A stretch of 63,996 nucleotides of DNA, the filler included, from Basidiobolus ranarum (Eukaryota): the NCBI GenBank assembly GCA_040143965.1. It is 6 parts of 6 records of this genome, joined end to end, with 100 filler letters (N's around TTAATTAATTAA, not from the genome) between each part and the next. Parts side by side here need not be neighbours in the genome. Positions count along the whole stretch, not along the records: positions 43,451 to 54,189 come from JASJQH010000670.1; positions 54,290 to 63,996 come from JASJQH010000791.1; 4 more parts are not named here. One strand, 5' to 3'. Position numbers and translations under genes: made by a program. Every line of letters begins with the position of its first letter. Position 1 is the first letter of the stretch. Shown here piece after piece: positions 45,851 to 59,384 of the stretch. A model generated the notes under the pieces. The model was not told the DNA's origin. It saw only the letters and a program-made list of their open reading frames with translations, and ran no database searches.

Positions 45851-47599
45851 ATGACTAAAAAGCCCAATTTTAACTCAGTCTTCACCAAGTTCTTATACGA
45901 AACTTTCCCTGGAGACAAATCGAAACCGAAAGATAGGTGAGCGTTAGAATCTCCCTTTAAAAATCTAGACTTCAACGCACCCACCTGGATTTATTGACTC
46001 ATGTATCACCATAACATAGAAACTCTACCCATGAAATGAGAGATCAGGATATAGAAGGATTATATTATTCTCGTCATCATGAAACCCGGTAGGTTGCAAA
46101 TGAAGTGGGGATTCTATTCTATCTTACTTTTAACATGCTTCTCAATATAGAGCTAGAATGGATCCTACCTTGGAATATAGTAACAATCTCCCTCCTAATA
46201 TGCTCAACAGTGAGATACACCGAGGATATGACGATCACTTCTCATCATACTCCTCCTCCTCCTCCACCTCTACAACCACCACATTATCACCACCTACAGT
46301 ACGAGATCACGGCAGCAAAAGGTAGTCACTACCTCGGTATAGGTTTACATTAGGTACTTACTTCTTCATCCATCAGGTATTCGATTGATTCCAAACTGAG
46401 AGAATCCGAGCTATCTCACAAACCAGTAGTCGACGCAAAGTGTTTGGAAACCTATCTGAGTCAAATTATTCATTTGGAGGTAGGATCCACACTACCATAT
46501 TTAGGCATTGCTATTAATCTCTTACCATTTGGATTATATAGAAGGAAAAAAGACAGATAATGTTGGATCGAAAAACATGGAAGAAACGGTGTATTCGTGC
46601 TGAAACCGAACAGACCACTCAAGCTTTAGAGTTTGAAGGTAAACCCTCGGTCTCAGTATAAAGGCTTTCTAGACTCATAGTACTTGTTAGTTGGGCATTA
46701 CTAATTCGAAATGTTTTAATAATCAAGATAAGGCTCAAAGATTGAAGGAAAGATACCATTTGGATCTAGAGAAACTTCGCTCATTACACCAAGAGCGTTG
46801 TGAAGACCTGAGCAGCCAGGTGGCTCAACTGACCCAAATCACTCAAGCCTATAAAAATCAACTACTCGAGCATGGAATTGAACCAAGTAAGCGTCTACCA
46901 ACTAAAGTATTTGAACCTTATATTGTTTATTCATTCAACATTTTTGTAGCGAGCCTGAGCTCCGACAACAATACCTTGGACGAAGATCGAAAGTTCATTG
47001 AGGTAGTATTAAGATATATCAGGCACTTCATTGATCATTTTACTTAAGTTACTTTCTACTATAGAAACGTTACAAAAAAGTGCGACAGGGACGGAAACAA
47101 GTGCAAGAAGAGGAGCAAGAACTCGATCCCACAGTAGAGGTAGCTTAACTTTAGAATAATTCGTGTCCCAAATTTATATTGACTTATTGCATTCAAGTAC
47201 TTAATTCAAGCCCTTGGTTACGAGTTTAACTCTCAGCGAGTGGAAATGTGTCAAGACTCACTTGAACAAACGAAACTTCAGAACGAATTGGGTCGAAAGT
47301 TGGAACTAGTTACTAGCGTTCGTAAAATTCGTACTCGCGCTGGCCGGTTTGAGCCCAAGCCTTCTAATAACTACGAACCTAGAGGTGCCATTGCAAAAGA
47401 ACCAAAACCATTCACTCATTCTATGCTTGACGATAAGAAACCAACCTGGGGAGTGCCAAGAATCCCCTCTTTGACAGGATTTGGTCATACTGGGAGTTTC
47501 GGAAGAGCCAGTTTGAGTAGAGCTAATATTCAACATATGTACTACCAACCGCCCAGAAGTCAATCCAGAAATCTATCTTTTGTGCGAGAAAGACTCTAG
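45851..47599 (+). CDS. Hypothetical 9-exon protein with a central coiled-coil
   Basis: From ATG 45851 (MTKKPNFNSVFTKFLYE), eight GT-AG introns give one continuous frame through ORFs 46691-47047 and 47240-47599; heptad-like RYHLDLEKLRSLHQERCEDLSSQVAQLTQITQAYKNQL. Confidence 0.75.
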
Positions 47600-48218
47600 T
47601 ACAGTTGAAGTTCGATCACGTGATCTTCTATTCAATTACACCATTGTAGACATATAAATAGAGTATTAATATATATATATAAAATTAAAAATGCAGTATA
47701 AAAATCCTAATTCAAGGCTTTTTATTACTTGGCAATTTTGGGATCAGATGTTCAACATGCCTCTCACTCAAAAGACCCGATATCACGTGATCTTATGTGG
47801 AGGACATACAGTCGGATAATAATCTCCATAAAATAAAATCACTTCAGGCAAAACACGAATCCAGGTTAGCATGAAAGAAGGATTCCTTTCATCTCAGTGA
47901 ACGTTACACTCGGGGAAGTGTCTACTGATCATAGCGCAAACTCGTTTAATATTGGTCAGGAGATCGACATAGCAAGATGAAACTGTTATCACATTCTCGA
48001 AGCGATCCATATGCCAAGAATATGAAGTGTCTAAAGGGAAATTACAACGCAGCAAGGAAAATCAAATGCTCACTGAAACAAGGGTAGTAAAGGCTACGAC
48101 TACCACTTATTTCGCAGGTAGAATTGGAAATAAAATAAAATATACATTTTTGTATTCAAGGAGAAAAAGATATAGCAATGGACGACCGACTGCATTGCAC
48201 ATCCAACATTATCTAAAC

Positions 48219-50835
48219 TTATGAAGATCCAAACTGTCCTGATTCGGAGGATTTGGAAGAGGGGTGAGAGTCAGAGCTAGCTGGTAGTAAGGAATCGATT
48301 GGGGGGTATGAAGTTGGAGGCGGAGGATGTATTAAAGAGGGGACAGAGACATGAGAGATTGAACCTGGGTGAGGTAGAGCTATTTGCTGAGACTGGCTGA
48401 CTGGGTTATCTGAAGGTAGAGGCGCTAGATTAAGGCCTGCAGGTGAGTCCCATATTGATGGATACTGCTCATCAAGCGTTTTAGAATGGAGATCATAGCT
48501 CTCTTCAAATTGTTGGTATTGATTTTGGGCAAGTATTTGAGCTACAATGTCGTTAAACTCTTGAGTATCGCATAGACTTTGCCCAAAGACTTCACATGTG
48601 TTCGGGATTTCATTTCGCTCTGATGGAGGATCTTCTGGAAGCCCAAAACCTGAATCCCAGGGTGCCGCTCCATTCGATTTCTCTGAATCTGAAGCTTTAT
48701 ATGGTGATGATCCATACTTATCAGGTAACAAACCGTTGGTGGGTGGTGTCCGTTTTGCGTCTTGAAAAGTAATGTCAATTTGGTAAAGAGGAAAGAAGAG
48801 ATCGTTTGAACTGTACTTACTAAGTCGTGTAAAGCATTCATTAAGTAGAGAGAAATGCATCCCATTCACTCCCCAGAGTACCTTCCATTCTTTTAGTGTG
48901 TTGTGCAAAAACTTAAAGAACTTCAAAGAGCGTTGAGCTTGGCCTGTATCTTGTGACCTGCAACCTTGAAGAAAGAATTGGGCAGCCATAAATATACAGG
49001 TGCTAAACATAGGGTGTATCTCGGTTACAGATACACTCTTGACCTCCTGTACGGCGAATGTAATCATCTTTGCCGACATAAAGCATCGCTTTATAGTCTC
49101 AGCAATATCGGGGGTATTAGAGCCAATAGGTTGTTCAGATATTGGTCTTTGAAAAAGTGGTAAATGTATCCAAATATCTATTGAATGTCTCATTGTATCT
49201 AAGAATGCTATTTGGGGGAAACGAGATGGATCGTCTTTGATCGTTTCTTCCGGACGATATTTATAGTGGGCTGGCAAGTTTGCTTCCCACGCTCCCAATG
49301 CTTGTTTAATTTGAGGGAAGATAAAAGCCTTTTGGGCAGCTGTCAAGGTCCCGAAGCGTATGATTCCACGAGTAGCTCTTGCCATGATGGTTACCAAGGC
49401 GACATGTGTTGCAAGCAATCCCGTGTTGGGCGCGGTGATCATGAAGACAACCTGTTCAGAAAGCTCTTTATCGAACTTACACACCAAGGTGTTAACCGGT
49501 CGATACTCTTCCCAGTACTGATCATTACAGGGGAGCATGACGCAACAATCGTCTTCATTAATTAGAGGTGGTCTGTTAATCGAAGAGCCAACATACGTAT
49601 CGAGAATGTAGCTAAACCACCATACTCTTCTAGCTGCTTCTTTACGAACCCACTGATTAACTGTCAGGTCCATGGCGCTGATATAGGTTTCATCGAGTCG
49701 AAAGAAGCCAAGTCCTTGAACCATCCTACAATAATAAAAGTCAAACAAAATGTTAAGAAATCTTTACCATGTAAAACTAACCTAATGGTGATCCCTAATA
49801 CCATACAGTAGACGAAATAAATTAGTACTATTCGATCACATATAGACTTGGTTTATATAGATTCTTACCAGAATAAGTGCATGCTCGATTGGTCCTTCCA
49901 TTGGCTAGTTCATATATACACATGTGTAATAAAGCTTGACTGAACTCTAAGCCAGGATTATCTATAATGTGCAATAGTTCGCTCTCAAACCCCTTTGCGT
50001 AGGAATGATCGTGCGCTTTTCCGGTAGCACTTGCTCTGTACCGAGAGGAGAGAGCACAAATGCTATTGATAAGTACAGGAGAAACTTTATTTTCATGAAA
50101 TTTTTCCTTGAATCCTTGAGGATGAACAAAAGGATAGTGGCGATGGATATGTTCGAAGTAATAATCTATAAGCTGGCGTACTTCAAAATTTTCGCAACCT
50201 GTTGCTTCTTGGCTCCCAAGAGTCAAGTGGATATCGTTCATGGGGTTTGAACCAACCTTTTCCTCCAAGCGTATCTCGTTCTCCTCATTTTGAACGGGAT
50301 CCTTTCTGAAGGAGGGTAAGTTGTAAGCGTTTTCAGACACCGAATTATCCCCCCGAGGTTCCAAAATGTCGCTGATTCTATGACCTGATACAGGGGCATA
50401 TGGCTCGGACTCCGGCTCCGAATCAGAAGATCTAGGTGGTGGCAGGAAAGTTGCGTTTAGGGTGGCTTCAGAAGTTGGAGCCACTGAGGCATCAGAGGTC
50501 AAATCTTCAATACTGGAAGCGGTTATTGCATTTGAGGTATTTTCGTTGCTGGATTCAGATTGAACAGGAACATTGTCAATTAACTCCACCATCTTTCCGC
50601 CATCGAACTTCATAACTGTTTGACTAAAACTCCCACCAGTAGAGCCATACCTTAAAGAGGCGGAACTTTGGCGTGGTCCTCGTTTCTTATTTCCAGTTAA
50701 GAATGTACAAGTAACGTTAAGTCTGCGACAAGTCGCGCAAGCAGGTTTATCAGTATCGCATTTGACTTTCATACGACGACAACAGTCGCAAGCTTGAGTG
50801 AGTCTTTTTCGTTTGCTGGATGCAGAATCGTTCAT
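48219..50835 (-). CDS. Zn(II)2Cys6 transcription factor with fungal-specific TF (middle homology) domain; exons 50835-49869, 49794-49782, 49725-48219
   Basis: ACDCCRRMKVKCDTDKPACATCRRLNVTCTF; LIDYYFEHIHRHYPFVH; YSG-ITIR-MVQGLG restored by a 13-nt micro-exon; KEAARRVWWFSYILD. Confidence 0.93.
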
Positions 50836-51766
50836 GCCTGATTGTCACCAAAAATGCACTGTCACAGTAAAGGAGACCTGTACTTAATTTACTACCAAAA
50901 ACTGAGAAACTTGCGTTTAGAAAATAGGAATGTGTTTCAATTTAGTGATAACTTGAAAAATGGAGATTTGAATTTGGATTTCAATTGATCTAAATGTGCT
51001 AGTTAAATACCACTAAATATCCACATGTTAGTAATTTGCTTACAACAAATATCAGTGTAGACAATTGGACATTCCGATTGGCTTTGGAGTTTGACTTGAA
51101 TTCTGAAGTTGAAATATGATAACGGATGCACTAATTAGGAATGGAAAAAATATCCTAAAGTGGAATTTGATTCCCATTGGTCAAGCTATAGTGCAGCGGA
51201 AAATATTTCCAAAAGGAATACTTCAATGTTGGTGTTTACAGGCATTATGAATGACCTTCTACTAAATAACTATACTTGTTATATTTGATATGTAAGTGAT
51301 TGCGAGAGCCTTCGATTAAGAGTCTAAATCGTCAGTATCTGGCCTTAACACAAAAACTCACATTTACGTATATAAGACATAGTTCAAGCTACGAAATGAA
51401 TCTCTTTGCAAGATTCGTTATGGAAGATCTCGGCTCCTCCCTTAGTTGTATTGTAATGGCAGAGGTTGGCAAAGTAGAAGGAGGAAACCACACGACTTGA
51501 GCCAACAGCAAAAAGGTGCTAGGAGTTTTCCATGATAGGTAATAATTTGGAGTTATCGTTTTATTTGCAAACTAGCTTGTGTCTAATGAAGGTGATAAAA
51601 AATAGAAACGGGTCCGGAGAAACACGCCAGACACAAAAATAATCTATGATCATATAAAAGGGAACCGGTAATGGCTTGAGCAAAGACAAGCATGATGGCT
51701 ATTGAAGAAAAACAAATTTGTAAAGTAACCATGGACTTGAGCAAGTTGAAGCGAGGGATAACGCTA

Positions 51767-53026
51767 TTATACAGCTGAATATCCATGTCCACCACGGCCA
51801 ATACCCATACATTTGTTATACAACTGGTATCCAAGATCCTACACAAAGACAATCGTATTAGCTTAACCAAAGCAAGTACCAATGTTTCTGCCGTTGCTTA
51901 CCTTTGCCACTTCTATAAAGGATCTCCAGAAATCTGTAACATAGCGATTGTTACTTCACTTGCATTAAGTATCTAAATGAAAATGGCACTTACGCAGGTG
52001 AGGGATGAGGTAGATTCCTGTTTCATGGTTGACCAAATAGTTATAGATCAAACCGACGACAAAGTAGAGGAAGAGAAGACAGAATATTCTATAAAGTATC
52101 ACAGTATGTTACTAAGAAATGAATGTTCAATGGAGTAGATTTGATGCACTTACACTGTGAAGAAAATAGACCAGCCACTCTTGGAACTCTCTTCCTTCTT
52201 GGGCTCTTCAGGCTTAGATTTTGATGGATCAGTAATACTAAATCACATATATTAGACTTCTTTTGTTTAAATACTACGAGTCTACAAACATCGTACCTGC
52301 ATGCATGCGGTGACTTCCATTCCAATAAGAGGATTCCTTGTTCATAGCTTTTGACACTAGGCTTCTCACCATCCTAATGTGGAAAGAGGTTTAAGTTATA
52401 CTTGGATAACTTTTGGCTATAATTTTACCAATACTTACAGCTTTTTTATCACAGATGAATGTAATGTTGGTACTGTGACCTTCGCTTCCAGGAAGTGACC
52501 AAATAAGGTTGCCTTATCTTCTATTTAGTATTTGTTTCGAAGGAATATACTCTGGTTTCATTGTAAAAACATACCATTTTCATTTTCGGAAGATTCGAGC
52601 GTAAACAATGGCTCAGAGACGTTGGCGCCACCGGCAAGATTAATAACTCGTGTAATTCTGGGTTCATCATCTTTGAAGTTGGTGGTAGTGTGGCATACTT
52701 GAGTTCCCTTGACGCACTGGTCTCTTTCCTTATCTTTTGTTGGTTCCAAAGGAGCACAGGGGTTGATGCGGTATGTAACTTGGGTGATTGTAGGATCTGT
52801 GGTTTCATTTTGAGCAATAGTAGTTACACTACATGGAAAGGTGATTAGGAATAAGTACATAATGCAATAGTATTTCAACAGACGAAGGATATGAAAATCA
52901 CCTGTCTAAAAGAGAAATATCATAATATTTTTCCTTAACGCTTATCTTTTTACAGTCCAAAGCAACTACAGTATGGCAACCTATAAGAATAACGGCTAGC
53001 GTAGATAAAAGTGGGATTATTCTCAT
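51767..53026 (-). CDS. ATG27: Autophagy protein 27 / MRH-domain type I membrane protein, multi-exon
   Basis: Signal MRIIPLLSTLAVILIGCHTVVA; YDISLL, YRINPC, TNITFICDK, LLLEWKSPHAC (MRH fold); TM LLFLYFVVGLIYNY; IPHL/DFWR; C-terminal GYSAV* tyrosine sorting motif. Confidence 0.85.
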
Positions 53027-53923
53027 TCTTATGACTACGAACAAACAAGGTTCACTAGAGGTAGGACGTTTTCTTCTGGTTAGCCGATGGAAGTAGTTGG
53101 GTTAGTGCCATTCTCAACAGCCTTAATTTGCTACCCCTACCACAAATCATACCCCTGCTTGATAAGCTAGGTGATGACTAGCACTGATATCATTTATTGA
53201 AAATCGTGCTTTGCTAAATTAATTCAGTTGACCCTAGAGAAAATTTTGAGAGTGGTTGAGCTCAAAACCAAGGAAACTCATTTAGGAAATATCAATATAT
53301 GCGTCATGTACTTATGTGAAACAATACATAATGCCATGCCAAAAGCATTCAAGATTTAAGTATAAGGTATGAATCATGGTTGCCCTCGGTAGCAGTATAG
53401 TTTAGTTGAGATGAAATGCTCATAATACTCGATTCAGACTAATGACCACCAGCAGAATCCTCAAAGAACGCAGGAAGAATCCCGAAATTGAGTGTATATC
53501 GCGTTACAACCATAGAGATGAAATGGCAGAGCAACGGTCTTATTGATTATTGGGATGTCTTTGCTCTGGTAACTGGAAACCAATAGGATATCAATCATTT
53601 ACACATGATACAGTCACATATAACACTTATTATTGGATCCTGCGAGAAGAGTTGTGGAATTGGAACACTTCAATGTTGATATCGTGGCCCGGCATGTCAT
53701 GTAGTAAAAACATTCAGTCAGTTTGTGTTATGTTTAGTGCTATCTTTGAATGTTTTTGGAATCGGAATTAATCCAATCCTGAGCTGGTCAAAACAACTCC
53801 AAAATCGCAACTCCGACTAGTCTGTTGACTGTTGTATTTATAGTGTCAAGGAGCTGAGCAAGGTAATATAAATATAAGAGTAGTCATGAGTGAGTGCAAT
53901 AACTAAAACTTTCAGCTTGAAAA

Positions 53924-54189
53924 ATGAGAACCTCCACTATCATTTGCTCTCTACTTGCCATTGTATCTGTCTCTCGCACAGTCGATGCCACATGTGCCGC
54001 ACAAACTGTATTTGATGCTTGTATCCAACGTGGAAAAGATATGTTCAATGCTTGTGGTGACCAAGATTACGCATGCAAATGCCAGCGTCAGAAGGATATC
54101 AGAGTGTGCTACGAAAATTGCAAGGATGATGCTACTATTACTAGTCAGGCTCAAATTCAAGATGGATTGGTAACTACTTATTGCGCACA
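53924..54189 (+). CDS. Secreted Cys-rich protein (extracellular or GPI-type), 3'-truncated
   Basis: Signal MRTSTIICSLLAIVSVSRTVDA, then CAAQTVFDAC...CGDQDYACKC...CYENC...YC; TATAAATA ~60 nt upstream. Confidence 0.75.
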
Positions 54190-54289
54190 NNNNNNNNNNN
54201 NNNNNNNNNNNNNNNNNNNNNNNNNNNNNNNNNTTAATTAATTAANNNNNNNNNNNNNNNNNNNNNNNNNNNNNNNNNNNNNNNNNNNN
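54190..54289. other. Artificial contig linker
   Basis: N44-TTAATTAATTAA-N44. Confidence 0.98.
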
Positions 54290-55029
54290 TTATCACACAA
54301 GCAAATTAGTCCAATTATATAGGTATTTTCCAAATTGTAAAAATTGGCCCCAAAGTTAAACACAAGCAAACAGCCACACAAACACTGCAAAGCACCCTCA
54401 GTAGTGTCACACTACAAGGACATATGAAAATAGTCAAAGTGCTTGAGAAGTATTTTCAAAAGTATTAAGGGAACAATGCAGTACAAGTATGCCAAGAGTA
54501 GCTTTGGAAGAAAAACATTCAACTTGATATTCAGTCTGGTGGTGACTGTCCAGGTATCTGGGAAGAACTTAATACAGAGTGGCAAAATATTGCAGGGTAC
54601 CTGCCAGATAGCTGGAAAAATATTGATTCAGCAACATTAATACAGTGGTGGCTTTGATGGAGATATTGATACAAATTCATGTAGATTATGAGCTAAGCCT
54701 TGATATGAAGAACTCTATAAAAATATTCAGGAGAATATATCAAAGAGACTAGGGATTTTAAAGGTGGCAAATTACCATTCAAGTGATAATTGTGTAAAAT
54801 TTGAGTTATGTTTTTTGCACATGAGTTGATCCCTAGTTCTCTGAGATTGTAGCCAATCATGTGCAACTATTTTGCAAGATCTTGATATTTCACTCCTGAA
54901 ACTGAAAAAATTGATTAAAATTAAAACTAACTTTGGAATTTTATGAGGGTAAGTAAATGGTCAATCCCAAATGGATTAAAGATTTGATGGTTTTCCTATG
55001 ATACCAATCCTCATCATCATATCTAAACC

Positions 55030-56830
55030 TACATTACCCATGCTTATAGAGCTTCTTGGAGCCTTTGGTTTTGGAATTGGAATGGTTATCTAAGGGGATC
55101 CAAAGAGTAAATATTACTTTAAAGATAATAACATTGTATGTATTGGTGACACTTGTGCCTTCAGTAAACTTAGAGGTTTTCATAGCAACATTACACTATC
55201 TTGCTGTAGATTGTGTCAGATCAATGGGGTTTTCTCTACCAGTTGTATACATTTGGTACTATACAAAAACAACACTAAACTCTATAACTTTTCAATCAAG
55301 TGCACAGTCAGATCTCAATATGCTCACTGTTATCAATCCACCATATGGTCAGTCTAACATCAAACTTGGGTGTAGCCATTAGCCTGAGACTATATTGCTC
55401 AAGGGAATCAGCTGCAGACAGAGCTTTGTGTTAGGCACTAAGCACTAACTATTCAACAACATTCCAATATTTCTTACTCAACAATATAGTGGCAATTCAA
55501 TCTGAATGAACCATTTGAGATAGGATCAAAGTTTGTATTGATTGTGCAAACACTTGCAAATGTTAAGATACCATCATATTTTACCAGGACTCCCATTTGT
55601 ATCCACTCATCTAGGCATTTAGCAAAATGCACAGATCTGGACAATGGGATTTGTGTATGTTCAGGTTGAATCTTGAAAATATTTCTGCATGATAAGCAAT
55701 GGCAACATTGGGCATTGTTTGTGGGGATTGTTCATATATTCTTATAACATCATTGCACATTGGCAGATCTCAGACAGATACAGCAATTGGGCAAATATTT
55801 AGTAATTGGATATGAAAAACTTTAGTACTGGTTCAAAGAAGATAGACTGAATCTATGCTGATGTTTAATTTCATTCTGGGAGCTCATAATGGAGCATGTC
55901 TGCAGTGTGATCATCCATGTTAAATTGTCAGTACTACTGTATGCAAATCTGATTGACAAAGTATGAGTAAAATCAGTGATGGATGCAATGTCTGGGGTTA
56001 AGGAGACTCCAGAGAATATCAACCATCCAACAAAGTGCTCTCTTCAATGTGCTCATGAGTTTTTGCATAGGTGAGCACAAGAACAGCAATTGCACCCAAT
56101 CCATGGAAACCAAGTAAGTACCTCTATAATATGTACTATTTAATTTGATGATCATCTGATGGTATTTTGGAAAAAGCAGCAATACAGACTTCTTAGTGAG
56201 ATAGGTTGAGATATGCAGGGTTTTTGTTTTAGCCATGAGGCAATCAATTCAAGCCTTGACACATGTACTTGTGGCAGGACATTTCTTGTCCGCAAGTTGC
56301 AGCTATTTTTGCAGAATTCTTTATTGAAATTAGCCAAAAGCCAAGGGCTTATTCTCATTGTAAATGGCTCTAAGAGTCAGTGTTTTGCCAAGTGTCAAGG
56401 CTATTCAAAAATTGAGATGTTTAGCAATTTTTCCACCATTAGTATGCTGGTAAATCATATTGATGTTGTTGGGTAGTGTATGATCAGTCAAGTACATGCA
56501 TATGTAAAAACTAAAGACAAAAAGATTTTTGAACTTGTCAATTTTCATTATGGCTTGAATTCAAAATCCTATAGCAGTGAACACAGTAATTTGACATTTA
56601 AAAACTAGTTTGTTGTAAAAATGGTTGGAAATTAAATGATGCTTACCAAATATGAGGAACAATATCTTACCATGTATGATCACCAACAAAAACCTTTAAG
56701 AAGCTGATGTCTCAACATCAAAATCCTTGGCAGAATGCAAGCCACCATTTTTGTGATGGTTCTCTGACAGTTTTCTATTCCAGCAGGGTAGATCCAATCC
56801 GGATTAAATCAGTTTTATCTTTGTTAAGGG
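55030..56830 (+). mobile_element. Degenerate CACTA/CMC transposase copy with right terminus
   Basis: Colinear with 24030-25916; ends TTTGTTAAGGG at 56830. Confidence 0.8.
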
Positions 56831-57129
56831 AATATTAATGATGCCAATACTGAAGTTACATAACTATTAGGAGTCATTCATGCATTTCCCATAAATATTC
56901 TAGGAGTAGAGCACAGTATTCCCATTTACTTTGGTGAGAAGGCAATTTTCAACCTACTACTTTGTGGACCAAAGCAAGAGCAATGGTGATGAACTACACA
57001 AATCAATCTGTTTAGTACGCCATTAATAAAAGCAACCAAGAATTACTTGCCAACCTTTGTGGAGCACCAGCTATTGAATATAGAGCTCAAACTGAGTGCA
57101 GAAGCACCATTAAAGAAGATACTCACTTC

Positions 57130-59380
57130 CAAATGTAACTTACATCCAACTCAAACTTAGATTGTCCATAATTGGCTCAAATCAATGTGATCTTGGGCAA
57201 AATTCCACACAGTTTTCAAAGTGTTGAGTGGCTCATCATCAGAGCAAGTGATGGTAGTCCTGATATTCCAAGTCTTTTGGTTTGCTGATTTTCCTATGAG
57301 ACTTCTACCTCTCATGCCAAAGCAATTTTGAGTCATTGTGAAGGCTTAGTGGTCTGACACATATTCTGCTCTGCTAGATTGTCATGGTGACATTCATATG
57401 TATGGCGTGAGATTGATTGAAACCCCATATGAGAACGGATGGAGGAAGCAGCATGCTGCTATGGCCTAAGTACAGCATTATGAAGGTGTTGTATCATTTT
57501 TGAGTGACTCTCTAACTGTTGACTAGTTTCTTCAGAATGCTGCAATAATTGCAATATTGTCATGTTAATGCTTTTTATAGCCTGTATAGCAACTTTGTAG
57601 CTTTTACTTATGATCACATTCAAACCATTATGGTGTTCTGCTGGAGATTCCCTTGGTGTAATATTTATATCCAAATTGTCTATAGAGGTGTGTTCAATAG
57701 TTAGCAATGTAGCCATTTTGTAAGTTGATGGTCTTGATGGTTTTTATGTTGAACTTTGCTCAACTATTGATTTCCTACATAATTGGGGATTATGATCTCT
57801 TTGCCTCCACTATCAATGGAAAGGAACACATCTGGTACACTGATTAATGCTTCATCATTAGACTTGGTTCCATCAGACCAGGTCAGATTGTGCCGCTTGA
57901 TCTGGCCTGCTATCATACCATCTAGTACAATGTATGTATTGGTGACACTCCTGCCATCAGCAAACATGGAGGTTTTTGCATGCACAATGCACTATTTTGC
58001 AGTAGATTTTGTCAAATCAATGGAGTCTACTCCATCAGGCTTACACATTACTACTATCCAAATACAAAACTAAGCTCCATACTTTTACCATCAAGAGCCC
58101 AGTCAGATTTCAACTTGATCACTGATATCAATTTATCACACAGTCAGTCTAACATCAAACCTGGTATTGGCCATAAGCCTAAGACTATATTGCTAAAGGG
58201 GATCAGCTGGAGCCAGAGCTTCCAATAAGGCACCATGCTCTTACTATTAAACAACATTCTAATACTACTTACTCAGCTATATAGTGGAAAATTCAATGTT
58301 AATGAGCTATTCATGACAGGATCAAAGTTTAAATTGATTGGGAAAATGTTTGATAACATCAAGAGACCATCATGTTTTACCAGGACTCCCATCAATATCT
58401 TCTCATCTAGGTGCTTATTCAAATGCAAAGACTGGAAGTTTTGTATTTATATATATTCAAGTCAAATCTTGAAAAGATTTCTGCCTGATAGGTATTGGCA
58501 ACATTGGGAGTTGTTTGTGGATATTGTTAATATATTCTGATGGCATCAACTCACATTGCCAGATCTCAGGCAGATACATCAACCATGCAAAGATTTTGTA
58601 ATTGGATATGAAAAACTTTATTACAGGTTGAAAGAGGATAGACTCGATTTATGCCGGTATTCAATACATTTCCTGCTGGATCTCTCACAAAGCTTGGAGA
58701 GTATAGGCCCTTGCTACACATTCTGGGAGTTCCCAATGGAGTGCACCTGTGGTAAAATGATGCTCCATGTGAAATTTTCCGTATTACTGTATGCTAATCT
58801 GATTAACAATGTATCAGCAAAATCAGTGATGGATGTAATAAATTGGGTTAAGGAGACTCCAGAGTATACTAACCTTTCAACAAAGGGCTTGTTTTAATGT
58901 GCTCACAGGTTTTTGCATTGTTTGAGAACAATAACAGCTACAAAGCCCAATCCATGGACACAGAGTAAGTACCTCTATACTTGGCCTCATTTGATTGTGT
59001 GATAATCTGACGGTATTTTTTGGAAAGCTGCAAGACACACTTCTTTGTGAGATAGATCAAGATATGCAGTATTGTTGTTTTAGCCATGGGGTAATCTATT
59101 TAATCAATGACACATCTGCTTTTACCACTATAATTTGGACTAATTTGTTTGTGTCATATTCTGAGGGTATTTCTAGCAAAGCTGCAAGTCAGGCTTCTTG
59201 GTGAGACAGATTGAGATCTGCAGTAGTATTGTTTAGCCATGGGGTATTGATTCAAGCAATGACACATCTACTTGTGGCAGGACATTTGTTGAATGCAAGT
59301 GGATGATTTTTGGCTGAATTCTGTATGGAAATTTGCCAAAATCCAAAAGCTTATTCTCATTGTAAATAGTGACAAGAGTT
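57130..59380. mobile_element. CACTA/CMC deletion derivative: ORF2 on - (57130-57880) joined to transposase core on + (57920-59380)
   Basis: 57459-57716 is paralogous to 22346-22573; CIGDTPAISK, FKCKDWKF, HFLLDLSQSLESIGPCYTFWEFPMEC. Confidence 0.82.
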
Positions 59381-59384
59381 ACCA

